DNA of 64,000 bases. It comes from Candidatus Latescibacterota bacterium. Its GTDB lineage: Bacteria; Latescibacterota; UBA2968; UBA8231. The position numbers were made by a program, and so were the translations under genes. The notes below the pieces were generated by a model. That model had not been told where the DNA came from and made no database searches. It was given only the letters and a program-made list of their open reading frames with translations. The stretch spans positions 2,560,001 to 2,624,000 of the forward strand of contig CBDETK010000013.1 of assembly GCA_965242865.1 (NCBI GenBank), in the 5' to 3' direction. The stretch's first letter is position 1. Every line of letters starts with the position of its first letter. This document shows, one piece after another, positions 27,860 to 36,972 of this stretch.

Positions 27860-29173
27860 ATGCGATTGCGATTCGGATTTGCCATCTGGTTGTCGGGCAT
27901 TTTATTGGGCGTCCTCGCGCTTGTGGCGTTGCGCTTGGGGACGGCCTCTCAGCACTCGGCGGCCCCAGCCGCCCCCCTCGGGGAAGTGGCCTTTGCGCCG
28001 GCCGCTTCGGCCGCCGTGCGGGAGCCGCCCTTTGTCGGCCCCCGCGTTCCGCCCCCGCCCGAAACGCGGACGATTGCCGCCGTGCTAAACTACGGGGATT
28101 CCATTGGCCGCTCGCTCGATCAGTGCCGCGTCCCGAGCCGCCAGTTGGCTCGGCTGTACCAAGCCTTGTACGCGGTCTTCGACCCCGCGCGCGTCAAGCC
28201 GGGCGACTCCTACGAGGTCGTAATCGACTCCAGCGACGCCATTCGCCGCTTCCGCTACACGCCCCACCGCACCCCGGACCGCCCGGTCGAGGTGGTGCTG
28301 CGCGATGGCCAGTTCGTCGGACAGCAGCTACAACTGCCGCTGGAGCGGCGGGTCGAGCGGCTCGAAGTGCGGATCGAGGACAACCTCTTTAACGCCATCG
28401 GCGAGGCCGGGGAAGGCAGCGCGCTCAGCGACGTGATCGCCGACGACATATTCGGCGCCGTCATCGACTTCCAGCGCGACCCGCGCCGCGGCGACCGGCT
28501 AGGCGTGGTCTTTGAAAAGCTTTACCTAGACGAGTGCTTCGTGCGCTACGGCCAGGTCCTATTGGCGCGCTACCAAGGGGCGCAAGTGACCCAGTTGGGG
28601 GTCCGCTATGCCCCGGCCGAAGGCGAGGACGCCTATTACGACGCCAGCGGCCGCTCCCTCGGCCGGATGTTCGTCCTCAAGCCCCTCAAAGTTAGCCGCA
28701 TCACCTCGCGCTTCAACCGCCAACGCTTCCATCCCGTACTCAAAAAGCAGCGCCCCCATCTGGGCACGGACTACGGTGCGCCGACCGGCACCTTGGTGTG
28801 GACTACGGCCCGCGGGCAGGTTGCGTACGCCGGGCGGAAGGGCGGCTACGGCAAGTTGGTCGAAATCGTCCATCCCAATGGCTACCGCACCCGCTATGCA
28901 CACCTGAGCAAGATATTGGTTCGCAAGGGGCAGCTCGTCCAGCAAAAAGACATCATCGGCAAAGTGGGGGCCACTGGACTCGCGACCGGCCCCCACCTAC
29001 ACTACGAAATCATCAAGGACGGGCGCCACATCAATCCCGAACGCATCAACGCGGGCAGTGTCGTCCCGACGCTGGCCGCCGACCTGTTGCCCGACTTTAT
29101 CCAACAGCGCGACCGGCTCAAGCGCGTCCTCTCGCTCGGCCCACTCCATTTAGCGTTCCGCAACGGCCCTTGA
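27860..29173 (+). CDS. M23 family peptidoglycan DD-endopeptidase (MepM-like)
   Basis: HLGTDYGAP, YAHLS and TGPHLHYE motifs; N-terminal TM segment. Confidence 0.9.
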   Translation: MRLRFGFAIWLSGILLGVLALVALRLGTASQHSAAPAAPLGEVAFAPAASAAVREPPFVGPRVPPPPETRTIAAVLNYGDSIGRSLDQCRVPSRQLARLYQALYAVFDPARVKPGDSYEVVIDSSDAIRRFRYTPHRTPDRPVEVVLRDGQFVGQQLQLPLERRVERLEVRIEDNLFNAIGEAGEGSALSDVIADDIFGAVIDFQRDPRRGDRLGVVFEKLYLDECFVRYGQVLLARYQGAQVTQLGVRYAPAEGEDAYYDASGRSLGRMFVLKPLKVSRITSRFNRQRFHPVLKKQRPHLGTDYGAPTGTLVWTTARGQVAYAGRKGGYGKLVEIVHPNGYRTRYAHLSKILVRKGQLVQQKDIIGKVGATGLATGPHLHYEIIKDGRHINPERINAGSVVPTLAADLLPDFIQQRDRLKRVLSLGPLHLAFRNGP

Positions 29174-29210
29174 CACGCCCACAGCCCTAGTTTGTTTTGG
29201 CAATCTCGCG

Positions 29211-29609
29211 ATGGAATTAAAGCTGCAAGAAATCGACAATCTAGCCGAGCGCGACGGTCGGTACAAGCGGGATGCGTACCTTTTTGTATATGACGCGCTG
29301 GAATACACGGTACACCAGCTCGGCAAGGACGCCTTGGCCAACGAGAAGCGGCACATTTCTGGCCGGGATTTGCTCTTGGGCATCAGCGAGTACAGCGCCG
29401 ATCAATTCGGGCCGCTCACCCGCGCGGTTTTTGCCCACTGGGGCATTGAGCAGACGCGCGATTTCGGCGAGATCGTCTTCAATTTGGTCGGAGCGAATTT
29501 GCTGCGCAAAACAGACGAGGACCGGATTGAAGACTTCGTCGATGTGTACGACTTTGCCGAGGAATTCGACTGGAAGAAGCGCAAGGCCGACCTCAAGCGC
29601 CTGCCCTGA
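29211..29609 (+). CDS. Minf_1886-like conserved protein
   Basis: RYKRDAYLFV, RHISGRDLL, FGPL...WGI..TRDFGEIVFNLV motifs. Confidence 0.75.
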   Translation: MELKLQEIDNLAERDGRYKRDAYLFVYDALEYTVHQLGKDALANEKRHISGRDLLLGISEYSADQFGPLTRAVFAHWGIEQTRDFGEIVFNLVGANLLRKTDEDRIEDFVDVYDFAEEFDWKKRKADLKRLP

Positions 29610-29624
29610 GCGCGGGACGCAACC

Positions 29625-30824
29625 ATGAAAATCGCCTATTTCGACTGCTTCTCAGGGATTAGCGGCGACATGATCTTGGGTGCCCTGCTCGACGCGGGCC
29701 TCGCGCTGGCCGACCTCAACCGAGAAATCGCCAAGCTCGGCGTGCCAGACGTCGCGATTGAGCGCGAATCCACCGCCCGACACGCCATTGCCGCCACCCG
29801 CGCCCAAGTCTGCCTAGCCGGCGCGCCATTGGCCGACGCCGAGCACCATCTCGACCTGTCGGGCGAGCACACCCACACCCACCTCAACGACATCACGAGC
29901 CGCATCAACGGCAGCCGCTTGGATGGCGCGGTCAAGGAGCGGTCCATTCGCGTTTTTGAACGCCTGTGTGCGGCCGAAGCCGAGGTCCACAACGCCGCGC
30001 CCGCTAAAGTGGCCCTGCACGAAGTGGGAGCCCTCGATGCCCTGCTAGATGTAGTGGGGGCCGTGGCTGGCCTCCAGCTCTTGGAGGTGGACGAGGTCTG
30101 CGCTTCGCCGTTGCGCTTTGGCACGGGCTTGGTGCGCTGTGCGCACGGCCGCTACCCGGTGCCCGTGCCTGGGGTCGTGGCCCTCTGCCGCGGTGTGCCG
30201 ACCGAGCAGACCGATATCCGCGCCGAGCTCGTCACCCCGACCGGGGCCGCGATCATCACCACCTTGGCCCATTCCTTTGGGCCGCAGCCGCCCTTCTGCC
30301 AACAGGCCGTCGGCTATGGTGCGGGCCGCCGCGACTTAGAGACCGTCCCCAATCTATTGCGCCTGCGCTTGGGCGAGCGCGCCCCGGCCAGCGAGCGCGT
30401 CCTGCTGATTGAAGCCAATATCGACGACATGAATCCAGAGGTGTACGGCTACCTCTTCGATCGGCTGCTGGCGCAGGGGGCGTACGACGTGTATGCCGCG
30501 CCGGTCCTGATGAAAAAGGGCCGCCCGGGCAATGTGCTCAGCGTTCTCGCGCCGGCCGGCCGCTTGGACGAACTGGCCGAAATCGTCCTGCGCGAAACCA
30601 CGACCATCGGCCTCCGCTACTACGCGGTGGAACGCCGCGTCTTGGAACGCCAGCTCCGAACCGTTGCCACGCCGTATGGAGCGGTCGGCGTCAAGTTTAG
30701 CTATATCGACGGCCGCGACCGCGTCGCGCCTGAGTACGACGATTGCGCTCGGCTGGCCCAAGAACACCAAGTGCCCTTGCTATCCGTATATGAGGCCGCT
30801 CGCACGGCCGCCACCAAGGAGTAA
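29625..30824 (+). CDS. larC: Nickel pincer cofactor biosynthesis protein LarC
   Basis: DCFSGISGDM, HEVGALD, ELVTPTGAA, MKKGRPG, ETTTIG and PEYDD motifs. Confidence 0.92.
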   Translation: MKIAYFDCFSGISGDMILGALLDAGLALADLNREIAKLGVPDVAIERESTARHAIAATRAQVCLAGAPLADAEHHLDLSGEHTHTHLNDITSRINGSRLDGAVKERSIRVFERLCAAEAEVHNAAPAKVALHEVGALDALLDVVGAVAGLQLLEVDEVCASPLRFGTGLVRCAHGRYPVPVPGVVALCRGVPTEQTDIRAELVTPTGAAIITTLAHSFGPQPPFCQQAVGYGAGRRDLETVPNLLRLRLGERAPASERVLLIEANIDDMNPEVYGYLFDRLLAQGAYDVYAAPVLMKKGRPGNVLSVLAPAGRLDELAEIVLRETTTIGLRYYAVERRVLERQLRTVATPYGAVGVKFSYIDGRDRVAPEYDDCARLAQEHQVPLLSVYEAARTAATKE

Positions 30825-31591
30825 TGCCCATCATGTTGCGGTTGATCGTATGCTTATGCGCGTTATGGCTGGTTCCCCTATCGAGCCCAGCGGCAAAATG
30901 GCCGGCTTATAGGGGCGACCTAGACGAATTCGACAACATCCAACGCTTGCCGGCCGGCGAAGGCCCCGCCCGCCTCGTGCTCGGCGACGACGACGGCCGG
31001 ATCCACGTCTATGAAGAGCGCGACCAGACCTATACCGAGGTGTGGGTCAGCGACTATCTCGAAGGGGCTGTCGCTGGGGTGTTCGTCCTCGACATCAACG
31101 ACGACCCGCTCGACGAGATCGTCGCCTATACCGACCACGGCCGCGTGTATTACTTCGACGCTCGGGACTACGCGCTCGTGTGGAGCAACTCGCCCAATGA
31201 ATACGCCCGCATCACCAGCCTAACCATCGGCGACATCGACGACGACCCCCAGCCCGAGCTCGTGTTTTGCGCCGATGGCCGCTTGATCGTGTACGATGGC
31301 CGCGACCAGTACGAGCAGTGGCGCAGCGACCAAACCGACCTGACGGCCCATCAAATTCTCATCGGCGATGTCGATGGAGACGGCGAAGACGAAATCGTGC
31401 TCAACGACGGCTACGTGTTCGACGCCCGGTTCTTCGACTTGGAATGGCAGTCGCCCGAGCCGTTTGGCGAGCGCATGGGCCTAATAGACCTCGACGAGGA
31501 CCAAATTCCCGAAGTCGTCGGCGAGTCTCAGGGCCGCTACCTGCGCATCTTTGACATCGATCTCCGGCGAGCCAAGTCGCTGGGTCGCTAG
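30824..31591 (+). CDS. Exported FG-GAP-like repeat (beta-propeller) protein
   Basis: Signal peptide and repeated DxDxDxxxE motifs. Confidence 0.65.
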   Translation: MPIMLRLIVCLCALWLVPLSSPAAKWPAYRGDLDEFDNIQRLPAGEGPARLVLGDDDGRIHVYEERDQTYTEVWVSDYLEGAVAGVFVLDINDDPLDEIVAYTDHGRVYYFDARDYALVWSNSPNEYARITSLTIGDIDDDPQPELVFCADGRLIVYDGRDQYEQWRSDQTDLTAHQILIGDVDGDGEDEIVLNDGYVFDARFFDLEWQSPEPFGERMGLIDLDEDQIPEVVGESQGRYLRIFDIDLRRAKSLGR

Positions 31592-31668
31592 CGGCCTCGC
31601 CTTGACACTTTGGCCGCGACCGGCGTATATACTGCCGCCGCTACAACCCCCACCAAGGAGCGATTGCC

Positions 31669-32658
31669 ATGCGACCTGTCACCCTCTTCACTGGCCAGTG
31701 GGCCGACTTGCCGATCGAGACCCTGTGCCAACAGGCCGTTGAGTTTGGCTACGACGGCTTGGAGCTGGCCTGCTGGGGAGACCACTTTGAGGTCGACCAA
31801 GCCACTGATGCCTATTGCGAGGCCAAGCGCGAGTTGCTCAAAAAACACGATCTAGCCCTGTTTGCCATTTCCAATCACCTCGTCGGCCAAGCCGTGTGCG
31901 ACGCCATTGACAGCCGCCACCAAGCCATCCTGCCCCCGCGCATCTTTGGCGATGGCCGCCCAGAGGGCGTGCGCCAGCGCGCGGCCGAAGAGATGATCGC
32001 CACGGGCCGAGCGGCCGCCCGGCTCGGGGTTGAGGTGGTCAACGGCTTTACCGGCTCCTCGATCTGGCCGTTGCTCTATTCATTTCCGCCGGTATCCCCG
32101 GACTTGATCGCGGCGGGTTATGCGGATTTTGCCGCCCGCTGGAAGCCTATTCTCGACCAATACCAAGCCCTCGGCGTCCGGTTCGCGCTAGAGGTCCATC
32201 CCACGGAAATCGCCTTTGACATTGCCTCGGCCGAGCGCGCCATCCAAGCGCTCGACGGGCACCCGGCCTTTGGCTTCAACTACGACCCCAGTCACCTCGG
32301 CTACCAAGGCGTGGATTACGTTGAGTTCATCTACCGCTTCAGCGACCGCATCTTCCACGTCCACCTGAAGGACGTCGGCTGGTCTGCGACGCCGACCGAC
32401 GCTGGGGTCTTCGGCGGGCACACCGAGTTCGGCGACCGCCGGCGCTATTGGGACTTTCGCTCGTTGGGCCGCGGCAACATCGATTTCGAGGAAATCATCC
32501 GCGCCCTCAACCGCATCAACTACCAAGGACCGCTGTCGGTCGAGTGGGAGGACAGCGGCATGGACCGGGTCCACGGCGCGACCGAAGCGGCCGCCTTTGT
32601 CAAACAGGTCGATTTCCCGCCCTCGGACTTGGCCTTTGACGCGGCGTTTGAGGACTAG
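31669..32658 (+). CDS. Sugar phosphate isomerase/epimerase (xylose isomerase-like TIM barrel)
   Basis: [32 protein letters not shown] and SVEWED motifs; AAGGAG RBS. Confidence 0.9.
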   Translation: MRPVTLFTGQWADLPIETLCQQAVEFGYDGLELACWGDHFEVDQATDAYCEAKRELLKKHDLALFAISNHLVGQAVCDAIDSRHQAILPPRIFGDGRPEGVRQRAAEEMIATGRAAARLGVEVVNGFTGSSIWPLLYSFPPVSPDLIAAGYADFAARWKPILDQYQALGVRFALEVHPTEIAFDIASAERAIQALDGHPAFGFNYDPSHLGYQGVDYVEFIYRFSDRIFHVHLKDVGWSATPTDAGVFGGHTEFGDRRRYWDFRSLGRGNIDFEEIIRALNRINYQGPLSVEWEDSGMDRVHGATEAAAFVKQVDFPPSDLAFDAAFED

Positions 32659-32660
32659 CG

Positions 32661-34220
32661 TTGCAGGGTCTCGTCGCCCTCCTGCTCGTCGTTCTGCTCG
32701 TGGCTTGTGGCCGCGAAGAATCCGCGCAGCAGACGTTGGTTTTTGGCCGCGGCTCGGATTCGGTCGGGCTCGATCCGGCCATTGAAAACGACGGCGAATC
32801 GTTTAAGGTCTGCGACAACATATACGAGACGTTGGTGACCTACGACCACGAGAGCACGGCCGTGGTGCCGCAGCTCGCGCGGTCTTGGCACATTTCCGCC
32901 GATCAGCTCGCGTGGACCTTTCACTTGCGCTCGGGGGTCCGCTTCCACGACGGCACGCCCTTTAACGCCGAGGCCATGCTGTTTTCCCTCGAGCGGCAGT
33001 GGGACAAAGACCATCCCTTCCACAAAGTCGCCGGCGCTTATAAGTACTGGCAGGCCATGGGCATGGACGACATCGTCGCCGCCCTAGAGGCCCCGGACGA
33101 CTCGACCTTTGTCATCCGCCTCCAAGAGCCGCATGCCCCGTTTCTGGCCAACTTGGCGATGAACTTCTGCGCGGCCGTCAGTCCCACTGCGGTGGCCCGG
33201 CACGGGCGCGATTACTTCAAAAACCCGGTCGGCACCGGCCCGTTCCGCTTTGTCGAATGGCGCAAGGACGAGCGCATCGTCTTGGAGCGCAACCCCGATT
33301 ACTGGGCCCCCAAGCCGCCGCTCGACCGCCTAATTTTCAAGCCCATTCAGGAAGCCTCGGTGCGCTTTTTGGAGCTGGCGCAGGGCGCGATCCACGGCTT
33401 CGACAACCTCAGCCCCGAGTACCTAGAGCCGATCCGCGCCGACCCCAATCTCCACCTCTTGACGCAGGCCGGCATGAACGTCGGGTACTTGGCCATGCAC
33501 ACAGCCAAAAAGCCCTTTGACGACGTGCGGGTGCGCCGAGCCGTAAACCACGCCGTGGATAAGCAAGCCCTCGTGGACAATTTTTACGAGGGCTTGGCCA
33601 TTCCAGCCAAAAACCCCATTCCGCCGACCCTGTGGAGCTACAACGACACCATTGCCGGCTATGGCTACGATCCGGCCAAAGCGCGGGCCTTGCTGGCCGC
33701 CGCCGGTTATGCCGAGGGCTTTGAGACCGAGCTGTGGGCCATGCCGGTGCCGCGGCCCTATATGCCGCAGCCGGGCAAGATCGCCGAGGCGATTCAGGCC
33801 GACCTCGAAAAGGTGGGGATCCGCGCCCGCATTGTGTCGTGGGAATGGGGGACGTACTTGGACAAGGTGTTTGACGGCCAGCACCAGATGGCGTTGTTGG
33901 GTTGGACCGGCGACAACGGCGATCCAGACAACTTCCTCTACGTGCTCCTCGACTCCACTGCGGCCAGCAAGCCGGCCCAGAACATCGCCTTCTACCGCAG
34001 TGCCGAGCTGCACGACTCCTTGGTCGCGGCCCGCCGCTCAACCGACCGCGCCGAGCGTACGCGGCTCTACGCCCAAGCGCAGGAAATCGTCCACCGCGAC
34101 GCGCCTTGGGTGCCCCTAGTACACGCGACCCAGACGGTGGTTTTCCAGCGCCGCGTCACCGGCTTCAAGCTGCATCCCACCGGCAGCAAGTGGTTTCACA
34201 GCACCGCGCTGGCCCCTTGA
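32661..34220 (+). CDS. dppA: Dipeptide/oligopeptide ABC transporter substrate-binding lipoprotein
   Basis: Lipobox LVAC; GVRFHDGTPFNA, PVGTGPF, MPVPRPYMP and GWTGDNGDPDNF motifs. Confidence 0.88.
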   Translation: MQGLVALLLVVLLVACGREESAQQTLVFGRGSDSVGLDPAIENDGESFKVCDNIYETLVTYDHESTAVVPQLARSWHISADQLAWTFHLRSGVRFHDGTPFNAEAMLFSLERQWDKDHPFHKVAGAYKYWQAMGMDDIVAALEAPDDSTFVIRLQEPHAPFLANLAMNFCAAVSPTAVARHGRDYFKNPVGTGPFRFVEWRKDERIVLERNPDYWAPKPPLDRLIFKPIQEASVRFLELAQGAIHGFDNLSPEYLEPIRADPNLHLLTQAGMNVGYLAMHTAKKPFDDVRVRRAVNHAVDKQALVDNFYEGLAIPAKNPIPPTLWSYNDTIAGYGYDPAKARALLAAAGYAEGFETELWAMPVPRPYMPQPGKIAEAIQADLEKVGIRARIVSWEWGTYLDKVFDGQHQMALLGWTGDNGDPDNFLYVLLDSTAASKPAQNIAFYRSAELHDSLVAARRSTDRAERTRLYAQAQEIVHRDAPWVPLVHATQTVVFQRRVTGFKLHPTGSKWFHSTALAP

Positions 34221-34223
34221 GCC

Positions 34224-35234
34224 GTGTACCGCTTCGTCCTCAAGCGGCTCATCGCGCTCGTGCCGACGCTGGCGGGTATTTCGCTGTTGGTTTTTCTGAT
34301 GCTCTACTTGGTGCCGGGCGACCCGGCCCAAGTCATGCTCGGCGAGCGCGCCAATGCCGAGAGCTTGGCCGAGTTGCGCGCGACCCTGGGCCTCGACCAG
34401 CCCTTCCACGTGCAGTGTTACCGCTTCTTCGCCGGCCTGTTGCGCGGCGACTTAGGCCGCTCGATTCGCACTCACGAAAAGATCACCACCGAACTCGTCC
34501 AGCGCTTCCCGGCCACCTGCGAGCTCACGGTGGCCAGTATGCTGCTGGCCGTGACGGTCGGCATCGCGGCCGGCCTGTGGGCGGCTGTGCGACGAGGCAA
34601 AATCGCCGATCTCCTCAGCATGGTCTTGGCTACGGCCGGCATTTCCATTCCCGTGTTTTGGCTGGCCCTGATGCTCGTGTTGCTGTGGGCCTTTTACGTG
34701 CCGCTCTTTCCGGTGTCTGGCCGCTTGAGTACGCACATCTACTTTGAGCCGATCACCTATTTCTACGTACTCGACACGCTGATACAGGGCGATTTCGCGG
34801 CCTGCGGCGACGTGCTGTGGCACCTCTTCCTGCCAGCCCTGACCTTGGGGACCATTCCCATGGCCGTCATTGCGCGCATGACCCGCGCCAGCCTGCTCGA
34901 CGTCCTCGGCGAGGACTACATTCGCACGGCTTGGGCCAAGGGCCTGCAACAGCGGGTGGTGATTGTGCGCCACGCTCTGAAAAACGCCTTCATCCCCACG
35001 CTTACGGTCATTGCCCTCGAATTTGGCTACCTGCTCGGGGGCGCGGTTATCACCGAGACCATCTTTGCGTGGCCCGGGGTGGGACGCTGGCTCTTTTTGG
35101 CGGTGCAGGCGCGCGACTTCCGCGCAGTGCAGGGCGGGGTTTTGCTGCTGGCCACGGTCTTTGTGCTGGCCAACCTCATCGCCGACGTGCTCTACGCTTG
35201 GCTGGATCCGCGGATCCGCTACGACGAGGAATAG
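34224..35234 (+). CDS. dppB: Dipeptide ABC transporter permease DppB
   Basis: PGDPA, GDLGRS, EDYIRTAWAKGL, ETIFAWPG and LDPRIR motifs. Confidence 0.88.
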   Translation: MYRFVLKRLIALVPTLAGISLLVFLMLYLVPGDPAQVMLGERANAESLAELRATLGLDQPFHVQCYRFFAGLLRGDLGRSIRTHEKITTELVQRFPATCELTVASMLLAVTVGIAAGLWAAVRRGKIADLLSMVLATAGISIPVFWLALMLVLLWAFYVPLFPVSGRLSTHIYFEPITYFYVLDTLIQGDFAACGDVLWHLFLPALTLGTIPMAVIARMTRASLLDVLGEDYIRTAWAKGLQQRVVIVRHALKNAFIPTLTVIALEFGYLLGGAVITETIFAWPGVGRWLFLAVQARDFRAVQGGVLLLATVFVLANLIADVLYAWLDPRIRYDEE

Positions 35235-35313
35235 AGTGTGGCTTTGGAGCGTCCGAGAATGTATTGTATATTGACCTCAGTTGTTTTCTGGCAATCATGC
35301 ACGGGAGTGAATA

Positions 35314-35655
35314 ATGGATTTCAGTAATCCTCTGATCTATATAATTCCCGGACTAGCCATTTTTGGCTATATCGTAAAATGGATTATTAAGGTAGAAAGA
35401 TGGATGGGCAAGATAGACGAGTCTATACGCTTGCTTGAAGAAGGTGCCCGCGAAATGAGGACGGATATTACTTCTATTCAGGTTGTGGAGAAAAACAGCC
35501 CGCTCCGCTTGACGGAAGCGGGGCACTCTATTTCCGAGGCGTTGGATGTTAAGGATCGCCCTGTTGGGTGCTTGGAATCGATGCCGATTTTAATACGTCA
35601 TAAGTCCTTGAAAAACAACGACTTACCCCCCCCCCCCCCGAAAATTCTCCGCTAG
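35314..35655 (+). pseudogene. AT-rich small membrane protein, apparently truncated by the cassette starting at 35559
   Basis: TM plus coiled-coil N-terminus; the last ~31 codons are cassette sequence shared with 53017-53116. Confidence 0.5.
35600..35639 (+). promoter_or_regulatory. Palindrome TAAGTCcTTG-AAAAA-CAAcGACTTA followed by a C14 tract
   Basis: Directly visible; conserved in copy B with C17. Confidence 0.7.
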
Positions 35656-35992
35656 CACCAAGCACTAAACTCTCTACTTCTCAGCATAGGCCGACAGCTC
35701 GTGTGCGGCCGTTGGGCGTCGCGTCGGTCTGGCCGCGTGGCCCCAAGCGCACGCTGCCGTGCGGCCGTTGGGCTGATCCACGTTTACGGCACCACCCCCG
35801 CAACTCGTCTGCCAAAGACCGAGGGCGGAATCTCCTCGCCCCAGATACCGCGAGAACACTAGCAAAGGCGCACCCAAAGCAAGGGGCGCGTCCTGAGCAC
35901 TCCAAGTTAGGCCCTAGGGCTAGCTCTGCCTCTTTCGGGGCGTCATGCCCCTCTTCCAATCTCCACACCATATCCACACAAAGGAGCAAAAC

Positions 35993-36336
35993 ATGCCTTC
36001 GTTGAGATCGATAAAAACCCTGTTTGGATTCGTCCTTTTGGGCATCGTCGGTGCTTGGATGGGCTGCTCAGACTCCGCGCCGGTCGCCTCTCGGCCGGCG
36101 GGCAAAGCCACCTGTTCCTTATGCGAATTCTTGGGCGACGAGACTTACACCGCTGCCGACGGGTTGGCCGCCCCCGAAAGCCCTGACACCACCGAGACCG
36201 AAGCCGAAGCTGACAGTACATCTGGGCGGACTATGGCACGAGTAAAATTCAGCATGCCGACCTAAATGGATCAAACGTCGCAGACCTCGTCACGGGATTG
36301 AATGTTCCATCGAGCATCGCGCTGGAATTTCGGTAG
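35993..36336 (+). pseudogene. Internally deleted LRR/YWTD-family lipoprotein gene
   Basis: N-terminus near-identical to the 52667 gene; 36217-36336 in another frame encodes YIWADYGTSKIQHADLNGSNVADLVTGLNVPSSIALEFR*, a YWTD repeat. Confidence 0.82.
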
Positions 36337-36486
36337 TCATGGAGGTGAGGCGACGCGGCAGAACGGGCTAAGGAGCCGAGCGGGAAGGATGGCGACCGCC
36401 TCTACGACTTGTTCAACACGCCCCAAGGTAGGATCTTCAGACCGCTTCTAAGGATTGCCGTAAAAACGCAGACGCGAGGAGTAGCG

Positions 36487-36972
36487 ATGAATGCAGTGCG
36501 GCTGTTGTGCCTAGGGGTCGCGCTCGCGGCTTCTACCGCTTTAGATGCCGATAAAACCACCCGCCGAATCCGGCAAGCCGCGATTGCCTCGACCATCGCC
36601 GTGGTGGCCGAAGGCGACTTTGAGCCGAGAAGTATCGGCAGCTACAGCCTCCGAATATACGCCGCAACCGATCCCCGCTTCCCTTACGACCGCTTTATTG
36701 CCGGGGCTGTCCGGCCACGCGACGGGGTCGTCGAAAGGGTGCAATTCTCCGATCTGGACGACGACGGATCGCCCGAAATCGTCGTGATTGTTCGCTCGGT
36801 TGGCTCCGGCGGCTATCTCTCGGCAGACGCCTTTCAATTGCACGAGAAAGCCCCGACGTGGCTGGCGACGGTGGCTGGCTTGGCGCCGGACGACGACCCC
36901 ATTCGCGCCCTTGCAGTCAAGCTCAAAGCGGGGCCTGAACCGCCTGCGGTTCCAGACGACGACCGCCCGTAG
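36487..36972 (+). CDS. PliI-family inhibitor of I-type lysozyme
   Basis: Signal peptide; VVAEGDFEPRSIGSYSLRIY, RPRDG and RSVGSGGYLSADAF motifs; GAGGAG RBS. Confidence 0.78.
   Translation: MNAVRLLCLGVALAASTALDADKTTRRIRQAAIASTIAVVAEGDFEPRSIGSYSLRIYAATDPRFPYDRFIAGAVRPRDGVVERVQFSDLDDDGSPEIVVIVRSVGSGGYLSADAFQLHEKAPTWLATVAGLAPDDDPIRALAVKLKAGPEPPAVPDDDRP

Larger units (their letters stand above)
35559..36452 (+). repeat. Cassette copy A (leader + lipoprotein 5' end + trailer)
   Basis: Homologous in inverted orientation to about 52430-53116 (5' part) and 50767-50903 (3' part). Confidence 0.9.

Noticed and set aside
35559-36431. IS-type terminal inverted repeats on the cassette
   Set aside because: Only TGTTG(A) matches between the ends, homology extends past it, and no target duplication is visible.
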